Shown: positions 48,301 through 57,719 of the stretch, piece after piece
Numbering within the stretch: the first letter of the stretch is position 1
How the letters are laid out: every line of letters starts with the position of its first letter
NCBI GenBank assembly: GCA_965208125.1
Contig: OZ242320.1
Coordinates: 3,968,001-4,032,000, forward strand
Reading direction: 5' to 3'
DNA from: Candidatus Latescibacterota bacterium
Lineage (GTDB): Bacteria > Latescibacterota > UBA2968
DNA length: 64,000 nt
The notes under the pieces: generated by a model
Databases searched by the model: none
What the model saw: only the letters and a program-made list of their open reading frames with translations
What the model was told of the DNA's origin: nothing
Translations under genes and position numbers: made by a program

Positions 48301-49362
48301 ATGGCCAAACGCAATATTAAAGGTACGCAACAAATGGATGGCAAACAGCAAGCAATAGACAACGCTATTGCCCAAATCGAAAAGCAGTTTGGACAAGGGG
48401 CAATTATGCGCCTGGGAGGCGAGGATGGGCAACCCCTTGTCACAGAGGTTATTCCAACGGGATCTATAAGCCTGGATGTTGCATTGGGCGCTGGTGGCGT
48501 TCCCCAGGGAAGGGTAGTTGAAATATTTGGTCCTGAAGGGTCGGGCAAGACAACCTTGATTTTGCACATTATTGCCGAGGCGCAAAAGCGCGGTGGGGCA
48601 GCGGCTTTTGTCGATGCAGAACACGCATTGAATGTGGAACTGGCCGAACGTCTGGGCGTAGATATCGAAAATTTATTGATCGCCCAGCCCGATACGGGTG
48701 AAGAAGCACTCGAGATTACAGATACCCTCGTGCGCAGTGGTGCTTTTGAGGTCGTGGCTTTAGACTCAGTGGCTGCTCTGGTGCCGCGTGCAGAACTCGA
48801 AGGTGAGATGGGTGATTCTCACATGGGTCTGCACGCTCGTTTGATGTCTCAGGCTTTGCGCAAACTCGTCGGATCAATCAGCCAGTCTAAAACCTGTGTG
48901 ATCTTTGCCAATCAGATTCGCATGAAGATCGGCGTGATGTTTGGCAATCCCGAAACGACTACCGGAGGCCGCGCGCTTCCGTTTTACGCAACGGTGCGTA
49001 TGGATATTCGGCGCATTGGTTCTATTAAAGACGGGCAGGAGATCGTTGGCAATCGCGTTCGGGTTCGCGTGGTGAAAAACAAGATGGCACCGCCTTTTAA
49101 GGAATGTGAAGTCGATCTGATGTTTGGCGAGGGCATTTCCAGAGAGGGCAGTTTGATCGATATGGCCGAATTGCACGGGATTATCAAGAAGAGTGGTACC
49201 TGGTTCTCTTATGGGGATGATCGGCTTGGTCAAGGGCGCGAAAATGTCAAGCGTCATCTGAAAGAGAACGCGGATTTGTCTGCAAAAATCGAACGCGAGG
49301 TGCGCGAGATCGTGGGCCTCCCGGCCGATAAGGTGTCTGATCTCGGAGAAAACCCCGCCTAA
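48301..49362 (+). CDS. recA: Recombinase A
   Basis: [33 protein letters not shown]. Confidence 0.99.
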   Translation: MAKRNIKGTQQMDGKQQAIDNAIAQIEKQFGQGAIMRLGGEDGQPLVTEVIPTGSISLDVALGAGGVPQGRVVEIFGPEGSGKTTLILHIIAEAQKRGGAAAFVDAEHALNVELAERLGVDIENLLIAQPDTGEEALEITDTLVRSGAFEVVALDSVAALVPRAELEGEMGDSHMGLHARLMSQALRKLVGSISQSKTCVIFANQIRMKIGVMFGNPETTTGGRALPFYATVRMDIRRIGSIKDGQEIVGNRVRVRVVKNKMAPPFKECEVDLMFGEGISREGSLIDMAELHGIIKKSGTWFSYGDDRLGQGRENVKRHLKENADLSAKIEREVREIVGLPADKVSDLGENPA

Positions 49363-49494
49363 GTATGTTGTTGACATCTCAATTTTCTCTAATTTAATTC
49401 ATAACTGGCGTTATATATAAAAAAACTGGGAATCTTTGTCAGTTATAATTTCATCTTTTTTATTTTCCCAGGTCTTCAGAGAAATTGAGAAAGG

Positions 49495-52461
49495 ATGTCG
49501 CAAATGTTTTTGAACAAAGGAATGTTGTTTATTACTGTCTTTGTGTTGCTATTATGCGTGGGGCACGCCTCTGCTGGTCCCGTGGGCAATCAGACAGATG
49601 GTACTGCGCAGCCTGGGGATCTCGACGGCGATGGGACGGTTGGTTTTGCGGACTTTTTGTTATTTGCAAGCATGTTTGGAGCAAGTCAAGGCGATGACAG
49701 GTATGATGCTCGGGCCGATCTGGACAAAGATGGTATGATAGGTTTTGGCGATTTTCTGCTCTTTGTCAATGCCTTTGGTACATCCGACTCTGGCGGTGGT
49801 GGCGGTGGTAGCCCTGATCTCATTGTTACAGCGCCTTCGGTGAGTGACACTCTGTTGACGCCTGGGCAGATGCTCACGTTGAATGTGACGGTACGCAACC
49901 AGGGAAATGCACAAGCCGCTGAGACGATGCTGACGTATTATCTCTCGACCGACGCGACAATCTCGACGGATGATACAGAGGTTGGCACGGATGCCATAGG
50001 CAGTCTCAATGCGGAAGGCACGAGTGGTCAGTCGATTGAATTGAATGCGCTATCGAGTGCTGGCACATACTATTACGGTGCCTGCGTGGCGAGTGTCAGC
50101 GGAGAGAGCAATACGAATAACAACTGCTCAGATGGGGTGAGTGTCACGGTCAGCGATGGCGGGGAAGGTGGTCAAAGTAGTGATGAGATGTCCTTCGATC
50201 TGGATAGCAACAATAATCCACAGGATATCATCTATGTCAACAATCGATTCTACGTGCTTGATCGGGCGGGGGCAAGGGTCTATGGGTATGGGAGTGATGG
50301 TCAGCGCGATGCGGCTGGAGACTTCCGTCTGGATAGCAGTTCTCCGTCCGGTATCACCTTTGCCAACAACCGATTCTATGTGGTTGATGACGAAGATGAT
50401 AAGGCTTATGGGTATGGGAGTGATGGTCAGCGCGATGCGGCAGCAGACTTCGATCTGGGTATCAGTGATCCAAGGGGTATCGCCTTTGCCAACGACCGAT
50501 TCTATGTGGCTAATGACGAAGATGATAAGGCTTATGGATATGGGAGTGATGGTCAGCGCGATGCGGCAGCAGACTTCGATCTGGGTATCAGCGATCCGAG
50601 GGGTATCACCTTTGCCAATGACCGATTTTATGTGGTTAATGACGGGGATAATAGGACCTATGTGTACACGAGTTCTGGTCAGCGTGTCGCGGATGCAGAC
50701 TTCCGTTTGTTTACTGGTGATCCGAGGGGTATCACCTTTGCCAACAACCGATTCTATGTAGTTGATTTCTGGAATGATAAGGTCTATGGGCACGGGAGTG
50801 ATGGGCGGCGTGATTCGGGTGGAGACTTCGATCTGCATAGCAACAACACGCCACAGGGTATTACCTATGTCAATGACCGATTCTATGTGCTCGATGTGGA
50901 TGATGGAAAGGTCTATGGGTATGGGAGTGATGGTCAGCGCGATGCGGCAGCAGACTTTGATCTGGTTAACAGTGATCCGTTTAGTATTACCTATGCCAAC
51001 GACCGGTTCTATGTGCTTGATGCCTCGGATCTAAAGGTTTATGTGTACACGAGTTCTGGTCAGCGTGTTGAGGATGCAGACTTCGACCTGGCTGGCGGCA
51101 ACGCTGATCCAGCGGGTATCAGCTATGTCAACGACCAATTCTATGTGCTTGATGCCGAAGATGAAAAGGTTTATGTGTACACGAGTTCTGGTCAGCGCGA
51201 TGCGATTACAGACTTCAATCTGGCTAACAGTTCTCCGTCGGGTCTCACCTATGCTGACAATCTGTTCTATGTGCTTGATTCCGCAGATGAGAAGGTTTAT
51301 GTGTACACGAGTTCTGGTCAGCGCGTTGGGGCTGCAGACTTCGATGTGGCTTTCAGTTCCCCGGTGGGTCTCATCTATGTCGGCAACCAATTCTATGTGG
51401 TTGATATCGAAGGTGCAAAGGTTCATTGGTACCCGATTGCCGACCCCATTCCCGATCTAATTGTTGTAGCGCCGTCGGTGAGCGATAGCAGCCCGAATCC
51501 CGGCGAGCCCTTCGGTTTTAGTGCTGTGGTTCGCAACCAGGGCGCGGGTTCTTCGGCCGCGACTACCTTGCGCTTCTACCTCTCAACCGATGATTCGATC
51601 ACAACGGGTGATACAGCGGTTGGCACGGCCGCCATAGGCAGTCTCAATGCGGGGGAGGCGAATGGTCAGGAAATGGGCTTGAATGCGCCATCGAGTGTGG
51701 GGATATACTACTACGGCGCATGTGTCCAGAGCGTCAGTGGAGAGAGCGATATAGATAACAACTGCTCAAATGAGGTACGTGTCTCGACTGCAGACTTCGA
51801 TCTGGATGGCGAAAACACTGATCCGGAAGGTATCACCTTTGCCAACAACCGATTCTATGTGGTTGATTCCAGAGATGCAAAAGTTTATGCGTACACGAGT
51901 TCTGGTCAGCGCGATGCGGCTGCAGACTTCGCCCTGGATGGCAACAATAATAGTCCAGAAGATATCATCTTTGCCAACAATCGATTCTATGTGCTCGATC
52001 GGGGAAGTGTGTCTGATCGGGGCGATGAAAAGATTTATGGGTACACGAGTTCTGGTCAGCGCGATGCGGCTGCAGACTTCGATCTGGATAGCAACAACAG
52101 TACTCCGTCGAGTATTACCTATGCCAACGACCGATTCTATGTGGTTGATTTTTTGAGTTTAAAGGTTTATGGGTACACGAGTTCTGGTCAGCGCGATGCG
52201 GCTGCAGACTTCGATCTGGATGAAAACAATATTAATCCGTTTGGTATTAGCTATGTCAACGACCGATTCTATGTGGTTGAAAACGGAGATGACGAGGGTG
52301 ATCAGGTCTATGTGTACACGAGTTCCGGACAACGTGATGAGGAGACAGACTTCAATCTGACTAACACTGATCCGTTTGGTACTACCTATGTCAACAACCT
52401 GTTCTATGTGGTTGATAATGGAGATGATCAGGTTTATGCGTACACGAGCTCCGGACAATAA
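49495..52461 (+). CDS. Secreted protein: dockerin/EF-hand-like module, two CARDB-like Ig domains, 15 NHL-like beta-propeller repeats
   Basis: Signal peptide; GDLDGDGTVGFADF-type motif twice; PDL..V...VRNQG...YYGACV...E...NNCS twice; ~42-aa repeats P.GIT.AN.RFYV.D. Confidence 0.85.
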   Translation: MSQMFLNKGMLFITVFVLLLCVGHASAGPVGNQTDGTAQPGDLDGDGTVGFADFLLFASMFGASQGDDRYDARADLDKDGMIGFGDFLLFVNAFGTSDSGGGGGGSPDLIVTAPSVSDTLLTPGQMLTLNVTVRNQGNAQAAETMLTYYLSTDATISTDDTEVGTDAIGSLNAEGTSGQSIELNALSSAGTYYYGACVASVSGESNTNNNCSDGVSVTVSDGGEGGQSSDEMSFDLDSNNNPQDIIYVNNRFYVLDRAGARVYGYGSDGQRDAAGDFRLDSSSPSGITFANNRFYVVDDEDDKAYGYGSDGQRDAAADFDLGISDPRGIAFANDRFYVANDEDDKAYGYGSDGQRDAAADFDLGISDPRGITFANDRFYVVNDGDNRTYVYTSSGQRVADADFRLFTGDPRGITFANNRFYVVDFWNDKVYGHGSDGRRDSGGDFDLHSNNTPQGITYVNDRFYVLDVDDGKVYGYGSDGQRDAAADFDLVNSDPFSITYANDRFYVLDASDLKVYVYTSSGQRVEDADFDLAGGNADPAGISYVNDQFYVLDAEDEKVYVYTSSGQRDAITDFNLANSSPSGLTYADNLFYVLDSADEKVYVYTSSGQRVGAADFDVAFSSPVGLIYVGNQFYVVDIEGAKVHWYPIADPIPDLIVVAPSVSDSSPNPGEPFGFSAVVRNQGAGSSAATTLRFYLSTDDSITTGDTAVGTAAIGSLNAGEANGQEMGLNAPSSVGIYYYGACVQSVSGESDIDNNCSNEVRVSTADFDLDGENTDPEGITFANNRFYVVDSRDAKVYAYTSSGQRDAAADFALDGNNNSPEDIIFANNRFYVLDRGSVSDRGDEKIYGYTSSGQRDAAADFDLDSNNSTPSSITYANDRFYVVDFLSLKVYGYTSSGQRDAAADFDLDENNINPFGISYVNDRFYVVENGDDEGDQVYVYTSSGQRDEETDFNLTNTDPFGTTYVNNLFYVVDNGDDQVYAYTSSGQ

Positions 52462-52565
52462 CACACGGGGAACCTGAAAAAGAAATCGCATTTTAGGCTT
52501 TGACAACAGAGTGGGTTTGCCTATTTTAATACCTGCTCTGTTGTTTTTTTTAACGAGAAATTATC

Positions 52566-53075
52566 GTGAAATCGCCCGCGCTGTTTGAGACTGATGAAGC
52601 TGTTGAAAAGGCTAAGGCGTATGTCCTGCGCTTGCTGAGCAGACGTGCTTATACGAAAAAAGAGATTTGCGACAAACTCGCTGGGCGAGGTTATGAGCAA
52701 GGCGCGATTGAACAGACTGTCTCGATGCTCAAGCGTCTCAATTTAATTGATGATGTGTTGTTTGCTCGTCAATTTGTCGAGCAACGGTTGCGATTGCGGC
52801 CTTCTGGCCGGATGGCACTTGCGCGCGATCTTGTGCATCGGGGTGTTCCTGCTGAGATAATTGATCGTGTTTTGGACGATATTTTGGCAGATATTGATAT
52901 TGAAGATGTCGCACTCGATTTGTTGATGGGCAGGACAAATCGCTACCGGGGATTATCGCGTGAGAAGGCTCTCGGACGGATGTTCGGTTTTTTAGGGCGC
53001 CGGGGATTTGAGGTTTCGGTTGCGCGAGATGTCGCCTATAAAGTTTGGTCTAAAATAGAGAATGAAGAAGGTTAA
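52566..53075 (+). CDS. recX: RecX regulatory protein
   Basis: LRLLSRR...E...KL...IDD..FA...L.RRGF. Confidence 0.92.
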   Translation: MKSPALFETDEAVEKAKAYVLRLLSRRAYTKKEICDKLAGRGYEQGAIEQTVSMLKRLNLIDDVLFARQFVEQRLRLRPSGRMALARDLVHRGVPAEIIDRVLDDILADIDIEDVALDLLMGRTNRYRGLSREKALGRMFGFLGRRGFEVSVARDVAYKVWSKIENEEG

Positions 53076-53082
53076 ATAAAAG

Positions 53083-55701
53083 ATGAAGACTGCTGTACAA
53101 ATTCGCGAAGAGTTTCAGGCATTTTTTGAGTCCAAAGGTCATACACGGGTTCAAAGTGCCCCTCTATTGCCGCAAGACGATCCTACTCTGTTATTTACCA
53201 ATGCGGGTATGAATCAGTTTAAGGATGTGTTTTTGGGCACTGGGCGTCGCCCTTATTCACGGGCGGTTGATACGCAGAAGTGCTTGCGGGTTTCGGGCAA
53301 ACACAATGACCTGGAAGAAGTGGGATTCAGCCCCAACCATCACACATTTTTTGAGATGTTGGGCAACTGGTCTTTTGGCGACTACTTCAAAGAAGAAGCC
53401 ATAGCATGGGCCTGGGAGTTGCTCACAGATGTGTGGCAGTTGCCAAAAGATCGCATGTGGGCAACGGTGTTTGGTGGCGACGAGGAGGATGGTTTGGAGG
53501 CTGATGTGGAGGCTGAAAAACTCTGGTCCCTCGTGACGGATTTGCCCGCCAATCGCGTGTTGCGTTTAGGCAAGGAAGATAATTTTTGGGAGATGGGGAA
53601 TACCGGTCCTTGTGGTCCGTGTTCTGAGATACACTTTTATCTCGGCGATGACCCGACTCAACAGGATGCAGTGCCGGATGTAGATGCTGAGGATTATGTC
53701 GAAATCTGGAATCTGGTTTTTATTCAGTACAATCGCGGTGCCGATGGCATATTGCAGCCTTTGCCAGATCAGCATGTGGATACAGGGATGGGATTTGAGC
53801 GGATTTGTTCGATTTTGCAGGGTGTACAAACCACTTATGATACGGATGTGTTTGTGCCAATTATTGGGGCGATCAGTGAGATTACCCGAAAGCCTTATAA
53901 CAAAGACCATCAGGTACCCATACGCGTGATTGCCGATCATGTGCGTACACTCTCATTTGCAATCGCAGATGGGGTGCTGCCGTCCAATGAAGGGCGAGGC
54001 TATGTTTTGCGGCGGATTTTGCGCCGTGCCGCGCGGTTTGGGCGTTCGCTGGGGATGCATGAGCCGTTTATTTTTCGACTGGTAGAGACCGTTGTCAGTG
54101 AAATGGGTGTTGCTTTTCCCGAGGTGGCAGAAAAACGCGATCATATTACGCGGGTGATTCGGTCTGAGGAAGAGGGATTTGGTAAAACACTGGATCGCGG
54201 GCTGGAAATTTTCGACGCTATGCAGAGGAAAGGGCATATTTCAGGGGTAGATGCTTTTCAGTTGTACGATACCTATGGCTTTCCCATTGATTTGACGCGG
54301 TTGATGGCAGCCGAAAAGGGTATTGAGGTGGATGAGGAGGGCTTTGAAGAGCAAATGGCGGCACAGCAGGAGAGGTCTCGTTTGGCGGCTTCTTTTCATT
54401 TTGAAGTAAGAGCCCCAACAGTCACAAAGCTTCCCTCAAAACATTCGGAATTTGTGGGATACGAAACGCTCACATCCGATTCGCGCATTGTCGCCTATCA
54501 ACCCGCCCAGGATGATACGTTGGATCTCTATCTGGATATAACGCCATTTTATGCCGAGTCTGGTGGGCAGGTTGGGGATAAGGGCGAACTTGCAGGTGAA
54601 GGTGTGCGCTTTGAGGTAGAGACTACGTTCAGAGAAGGAGAAGCAATTGTTCATCGCGGTCGCCTGTGCGATGGGCAGGTCGAAGGATTGAAAGGGATGG
54701 ATGTGAAGGCGCACGTCGATGCTGAAATTCGTTTGAATACGGCGCGCAATCACACAGCGACGCATCTGATGCATCGCGCTTTGCGGCAGGTATTGGGCGA
54801 TCATGTACATCAGGCTGGCTCGCTGGTTGCCCCGGATAGGTTGCGATTTGATTTTACGCATTTTGAAGGTGTGACACCCGCGCAATTAGACGATATTGTG
54901 GGAATTGTCAATGACGTGGTCAGGCGGGATTGGGCTGTCGATATTTCTTTTGGCTCATTCGATCGCGCTGTGGAAATGGGTGCGATGATGTTGTTTAGCG
55001 AAAAATATGGCGATGTGGTGCGCATGGTACAGGTGGCGGATTTTAGCCTGGAGTTGTGCGGTGGTACGCATGTGCAAAGCACCGGACAAATCGGGCTGTT
55101 TCAGCTCACGCAAGAGACGGGTACCGCAGCTGGTGTGCGGCGCATTGAGGCGGTTACTGGACCTGGTGCAGAAGCCCTCGTGCGCGAGCAAAAGAAAATT
55201 TTGGTCAATCTCTCGTCGCAACTGAGTGCGCCAACATCGGAATTGTCCGATAAAGTCGCGAACCTGATCGCGCACAATCGCGAACTCGAGCGCGAGTTGC
55301 AGAGTTTGCGACGGGAACAGGCCGGTTCAGAGATGGATATGCTGGTAAGCAGTGCTCTGAATGTAAATGGGTTACGCGTTGTGGCTGCCGAGGTTTCACC
55401 GCCCGATATGGATGGGTTTCGCACAATGGGCGACGGTTTGCGCGATGCCCTGGGTACAGGAGGGGTTGGTGTGATTGGTGCGAATTTAAATGGCAAGGCA
55501 TCGCTTCTTGCGGTAGTGACGGACGACCTGATTGATCGGGGTGTGCAGGCTGGCAATGTTGTCAAAGCCATTGCACAAATCGTGGGTGGCGGCGGCGGCG
55601 GTCGCCCCCATCTGGCGCAGGCCGGTGGTAAGTTTCCCGAAAAGATCGGAGAGGCTCTGGCGCGAGTGCCTGATATCATTCGGGCACAGGTGGGAGGGTA
55701 A
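53083..55701 (+). CDS. alaS: Alanine--tRNA ligase
   Basis: DPTLLFTNAGM, HHTFFEMLGN, HTATH, ELCGGTH, GGGGG. Confidence 0.99.
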   Translation: MKTAVQIREEFQAFFESKGHTRVQSAPLLPQDDPTLLFTNAGMNQFKDVFLGTGRRPYSRAVDTQKCLRVSGKHNDLEEVGFSPNHHTFFEMLGNWSFGDYFKEEAIAWAWELLTDVWQLPKDRMWATVFGGDEEDGLEADVEAEKLWSLVTDLPANRVLRLGKEDNFWEMGNTGPCGPCSEIHFYLGDDPTQQDAVPDVDAEDYVEIWNLVFIQYNRGADGILQPLPDQHVDTGMGFERICSILQGVQTTYDTDVFVPIIGAISEITRKPYNKDHQVPIRVIADHVRTLSFAIADGVLPSNEGRGYVLRRILRRAARFGRSLGMHEPFIFRLVETVVSEMGVAFPEVAEKRDHITRVIRSEEEGFGKTLDRGLEIFDAMQRKGHISGVDAFQLYDTYGFPIDLTRLMAAEKGIEVDEEGFEEQMAAQQERSRLAASFHFEVRAPTVTKLPSKHSEFVGYETLTSDSRIVAYQPAQDDTLDLYLDITPFYAESGGQVGDKGELAGEGVRFEVETTFREGEAIVHRGRLCDGQVEGLKGMDVKAHVDAEIRLNTARNHTATHLMHRALRQVLGDHVHQAGSLVAPDRLRFDFTHFEGVTPAQLDDIVGIVNDVVRRDWAVDISFGSFDRAVEMGAMMLFSEKYGDVVRMVQVADFSLELCGGTHVQSTGQIGLFQLTQETGTAAGVRRIEAVTGPGAEALVREQKKILVNLSSQLSAPTSELSDKVANLIAHNRELERELQSLRREQAGSEMDMLVSSALNVNGLRVVAAEVSPPDMDGFRTMGDGLRDALGTGGVGVIGANLNGKASLLAVVTDDLIDRGVQAGNVVKAIAQIVGGGGGGRPHLAQAGGKFPEKIGEALARVPDIIRAQVGG

Positions 55702-55709
55702 GTGCCTCA

Positions 55710-56459
55710 ATGTCGATATTCGAACAGTTGGTGGCTATTCGCAATCGCCGCGGGGCGGGGTTTTTGCCCTATCTGGATCCCGACAGGCTCGACAAAAAAG
55801 ATCTGGGACGCACGGCCTCTCTTTGCGAAGCGCAGGGGGCAGACGCCATTTTGATTGGCGGCAGTTTTTTGTTATCCACCAATTTTGATCGCATGGTACA
55901 CGAGGTCGTACGCGTTGTAGATATTCCAGTGATTATATTTCCCGGCGATACCAACCAGATCTCAGCGGCTGCCGATGCGATTATGTTTTTGTCGCTTATC
56001 AGTGGACGCAATCCCGAATTGCTGATTGGGCAACACGTCAAGGCCGCGCCAATTTTGAAAGCTCACGGCTTAGAAGCTATTGCAACCGGCTACGCACTCG
56101 TGGATACCGGGCAGCTAACCACAGCCGAATACGTGAGCAACACACGTCCCTTGCCGCGCGACAAACCCGAGATTGCAATGGCGCATGCTCTTGCCGCCGA
56201 GTATTTGGGTATGCAATGCGTGTATCTGGATGCCGGCAGCGGGCCAGAGTTGATGGTACCCGAAGAAATAGTGCAGGCAGTCTGTGGTTATGTATCGATC
56301 CCCATAATTGTCGGCGGTGGTATTCGCGATCCCGAAGCGGCAGCAAAACGGGTCGCATTGGGTGCATCTTTTGTGGTGATTGGTAGTATTTTTGAAGAAA
56401 CGGGTTGGGATGCCGCGCTGATTGGCGCGTTTGCTTCTGCCATTCACTGTCTCGACTGA
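55710..56459 (+). CDS. Geranylgeranylglyceryl/heptaprenylglyceryl phosphate synthase (group II-like)
   Basis: LDPD, IGGS, FPG, SLISGRNP, YLDAGSG, VGGGIR. Confidence 0.92.
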   Translation: MSIFEQLVAIRNRRGAGFLPYLDPDRLDKKDLGRTASLCEAQGADAILIGGSFLLSTNFDRMVHEVVRVVDIPVIIFPGDTNQISAAADAIMFLSLISGRNPELLIGQHVKAAPILKAHGLEAIATGYALVDTGQLTTAEYVSNTRPLPRDKPEIAMAHALAAEYLGMQCVYLDAGSGPELMVPEEIVQAVCGYVSIPIIVGGGIRDPEAAAKRVALGASFVVIGSIFEETGWDAALIGAFASAIHCLD

Positions 56460-56489
56460 GTCCATTTTTTGACAATTGGGGATGTCGTT

Positions 56490-56513
56490 ACCGTCTTTGC
56501 GGACGGTTTTTTT
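56490..56513 (+). terminator. Rho-independent terminator
   Basis: ACCGTC-TTTGCG-GACGGT-TTTTTT. Confidence 0.6.
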
Positions 56514-56529
56514 ATGCGAGTGTATTGTT

Positions 56530-57420
56530 ATGTCTATTTCATCTGGCACAGTGTTGTGTTACGGGGTACTGGGTATCGACCAAATCGTGCAAGTGGCCTG
56601 GTTTCCCGAGCGCAATGGTCACACGCGCGCGTTTCGCGACGAAGAATTTGTCGGTGGAGAAGCGACCAATACGGCGGTGACTCTGAGCGGGTTGGGGGTT
56701 GACGTGCGGTTGATGGGGTGTGCAGTAGGAGACGATCGCAGGGGCGCACTTTTCTTGCGCTCAATGCGGCAATTTGACGTGGATATCCGCAGGCTCGATA
56801 TAGATCCCAGCGTTCGCACCGGGCACGCCGTTATCCTGTCTGATGTCAATGGCGGGCGAACGATTTGTGGACATTTTCCCGATGTGCGTAGCAGGCCACT
56901 AACTGAGGCGGATCTCGATGGTGTTACCCTGTTGTCGGTTGATCCCTTTTTGGGTGAAAATGCAATCCGAGCAGCTCAAATTGCACGAGAGCATGATATA
57001 ACTGTGTTTGCTATTGAACTGACGCCAGATCACCCGCTTGCAAAATTCTGTGATGTAGTGATCAATTCTGACGGTTTTATGCGCCGACACAGAATGGGCT
57101 TGCCCTCGGATGTGGCGGTTGGTCTTTTGAAGGCCGGTATAGAAACCGTGGTGATTACCAGAGGAAAACAGGGATGTCAGGTTTTTCAGGAAAATGGCAA
57201 TAGTTTTGAACAGCCCGCATACCAGGTCACTGCGCGCGATACAACAGGAGCGGGAGATGCCTTTCGAGCCGGTCTTATTTACGGATATTTGCAGGGATGG
57301 ACGCTGACGCGCAGTGTGCAATTTGCCAGCGGTAGTGCTGCACTAACATGTGGCAGAGCCGGTGGAGCAGGGCATATTCACGGGGCAGAACAGGTCTTGC
57401 AACTGATTGCCGAAGATTGA
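56530..57420 (+). CDS. PfkB carbohydrate kinase
   Basis: GGEATNTA, VGDD, DTTGAGDAF. Confidence 0.92.
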   Translation: MSISSGTVLCYGVLGIDQIVQVAWFPERNGHTRAFRDEEFVGGEATNTAVTLSGLGVDVRLMGCAVGDDRRGALFLRSMRQFDVDIRRLDIDPSVRTGHAVILSDVNGGRTICGHFPDVRSRPLTEADLDGVTLLSVDPFLGENAIRAAQIAREHDITVFAIELTPDHPLAKFCDVVINSDGFMRRHRMGLPSDVAVGLLKAGIETVVITRGKQGCQVFQENGNSFEQPAYQVTARDTTGAGDAFRAGLIYGYLQGWTLTRSVQFASGSAALTCGRAGGAGHIHGAEQVLQLIAED

Positions 57421-57443
57421 ATTTCAAATGTTTCTAATTGTGA

Positions 57444-57716
57444 GTGATACACACGATGCTGGAACAACGGGCTACGGTAAAAAATAAACTGGGCATTCAC
57501 GCGAGACCCGCGGCTTTGCTGGTACAGGCGGCGGCTAAATTTACTTCGGAAATTACACTGGAAAAAGATGGTCTGGCAATCAATGGCAAGAGTATTATGG
57601 GTGTGATGATGTTGGCGGCGGAAGTGGGGTCTGTGATCACGGTGCGGGTTGAGGGTGAAGATGCTCGCGATGCACTGGATCATATCGTCGAAATGATTGA
57701 ATCAAAATTTGACTGA
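57444..57716 (+). CDS. ptsH: Phosphocarrier HPr
   Basis: GIHARPA, NGKSIMG. Confidence 0.97.
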   Translation: MIHTMLEQRATVKNKLGIHARPAALLVQAAAKFTSEITLEKDGLAINGKSIMGVMMLAAEVGSVITVRVEGEDARDALDHIVEMIESKFD

Positions 57717-57719
57717 GCT

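Noticed and set aside
49495-52461. Periodic DNA repeats as a CRISPR array or DGR
   Set aside because: The repeats are in-frame coding units of about 126 bp with no unique spacers; no cas or reverse transcriptase gene is in the window
50128-52506. Long alternative-frame and antisense ORFs in the repeat gene
   Set aside because: Repeat periodicity propagates stop-free frames; no independent coding signal
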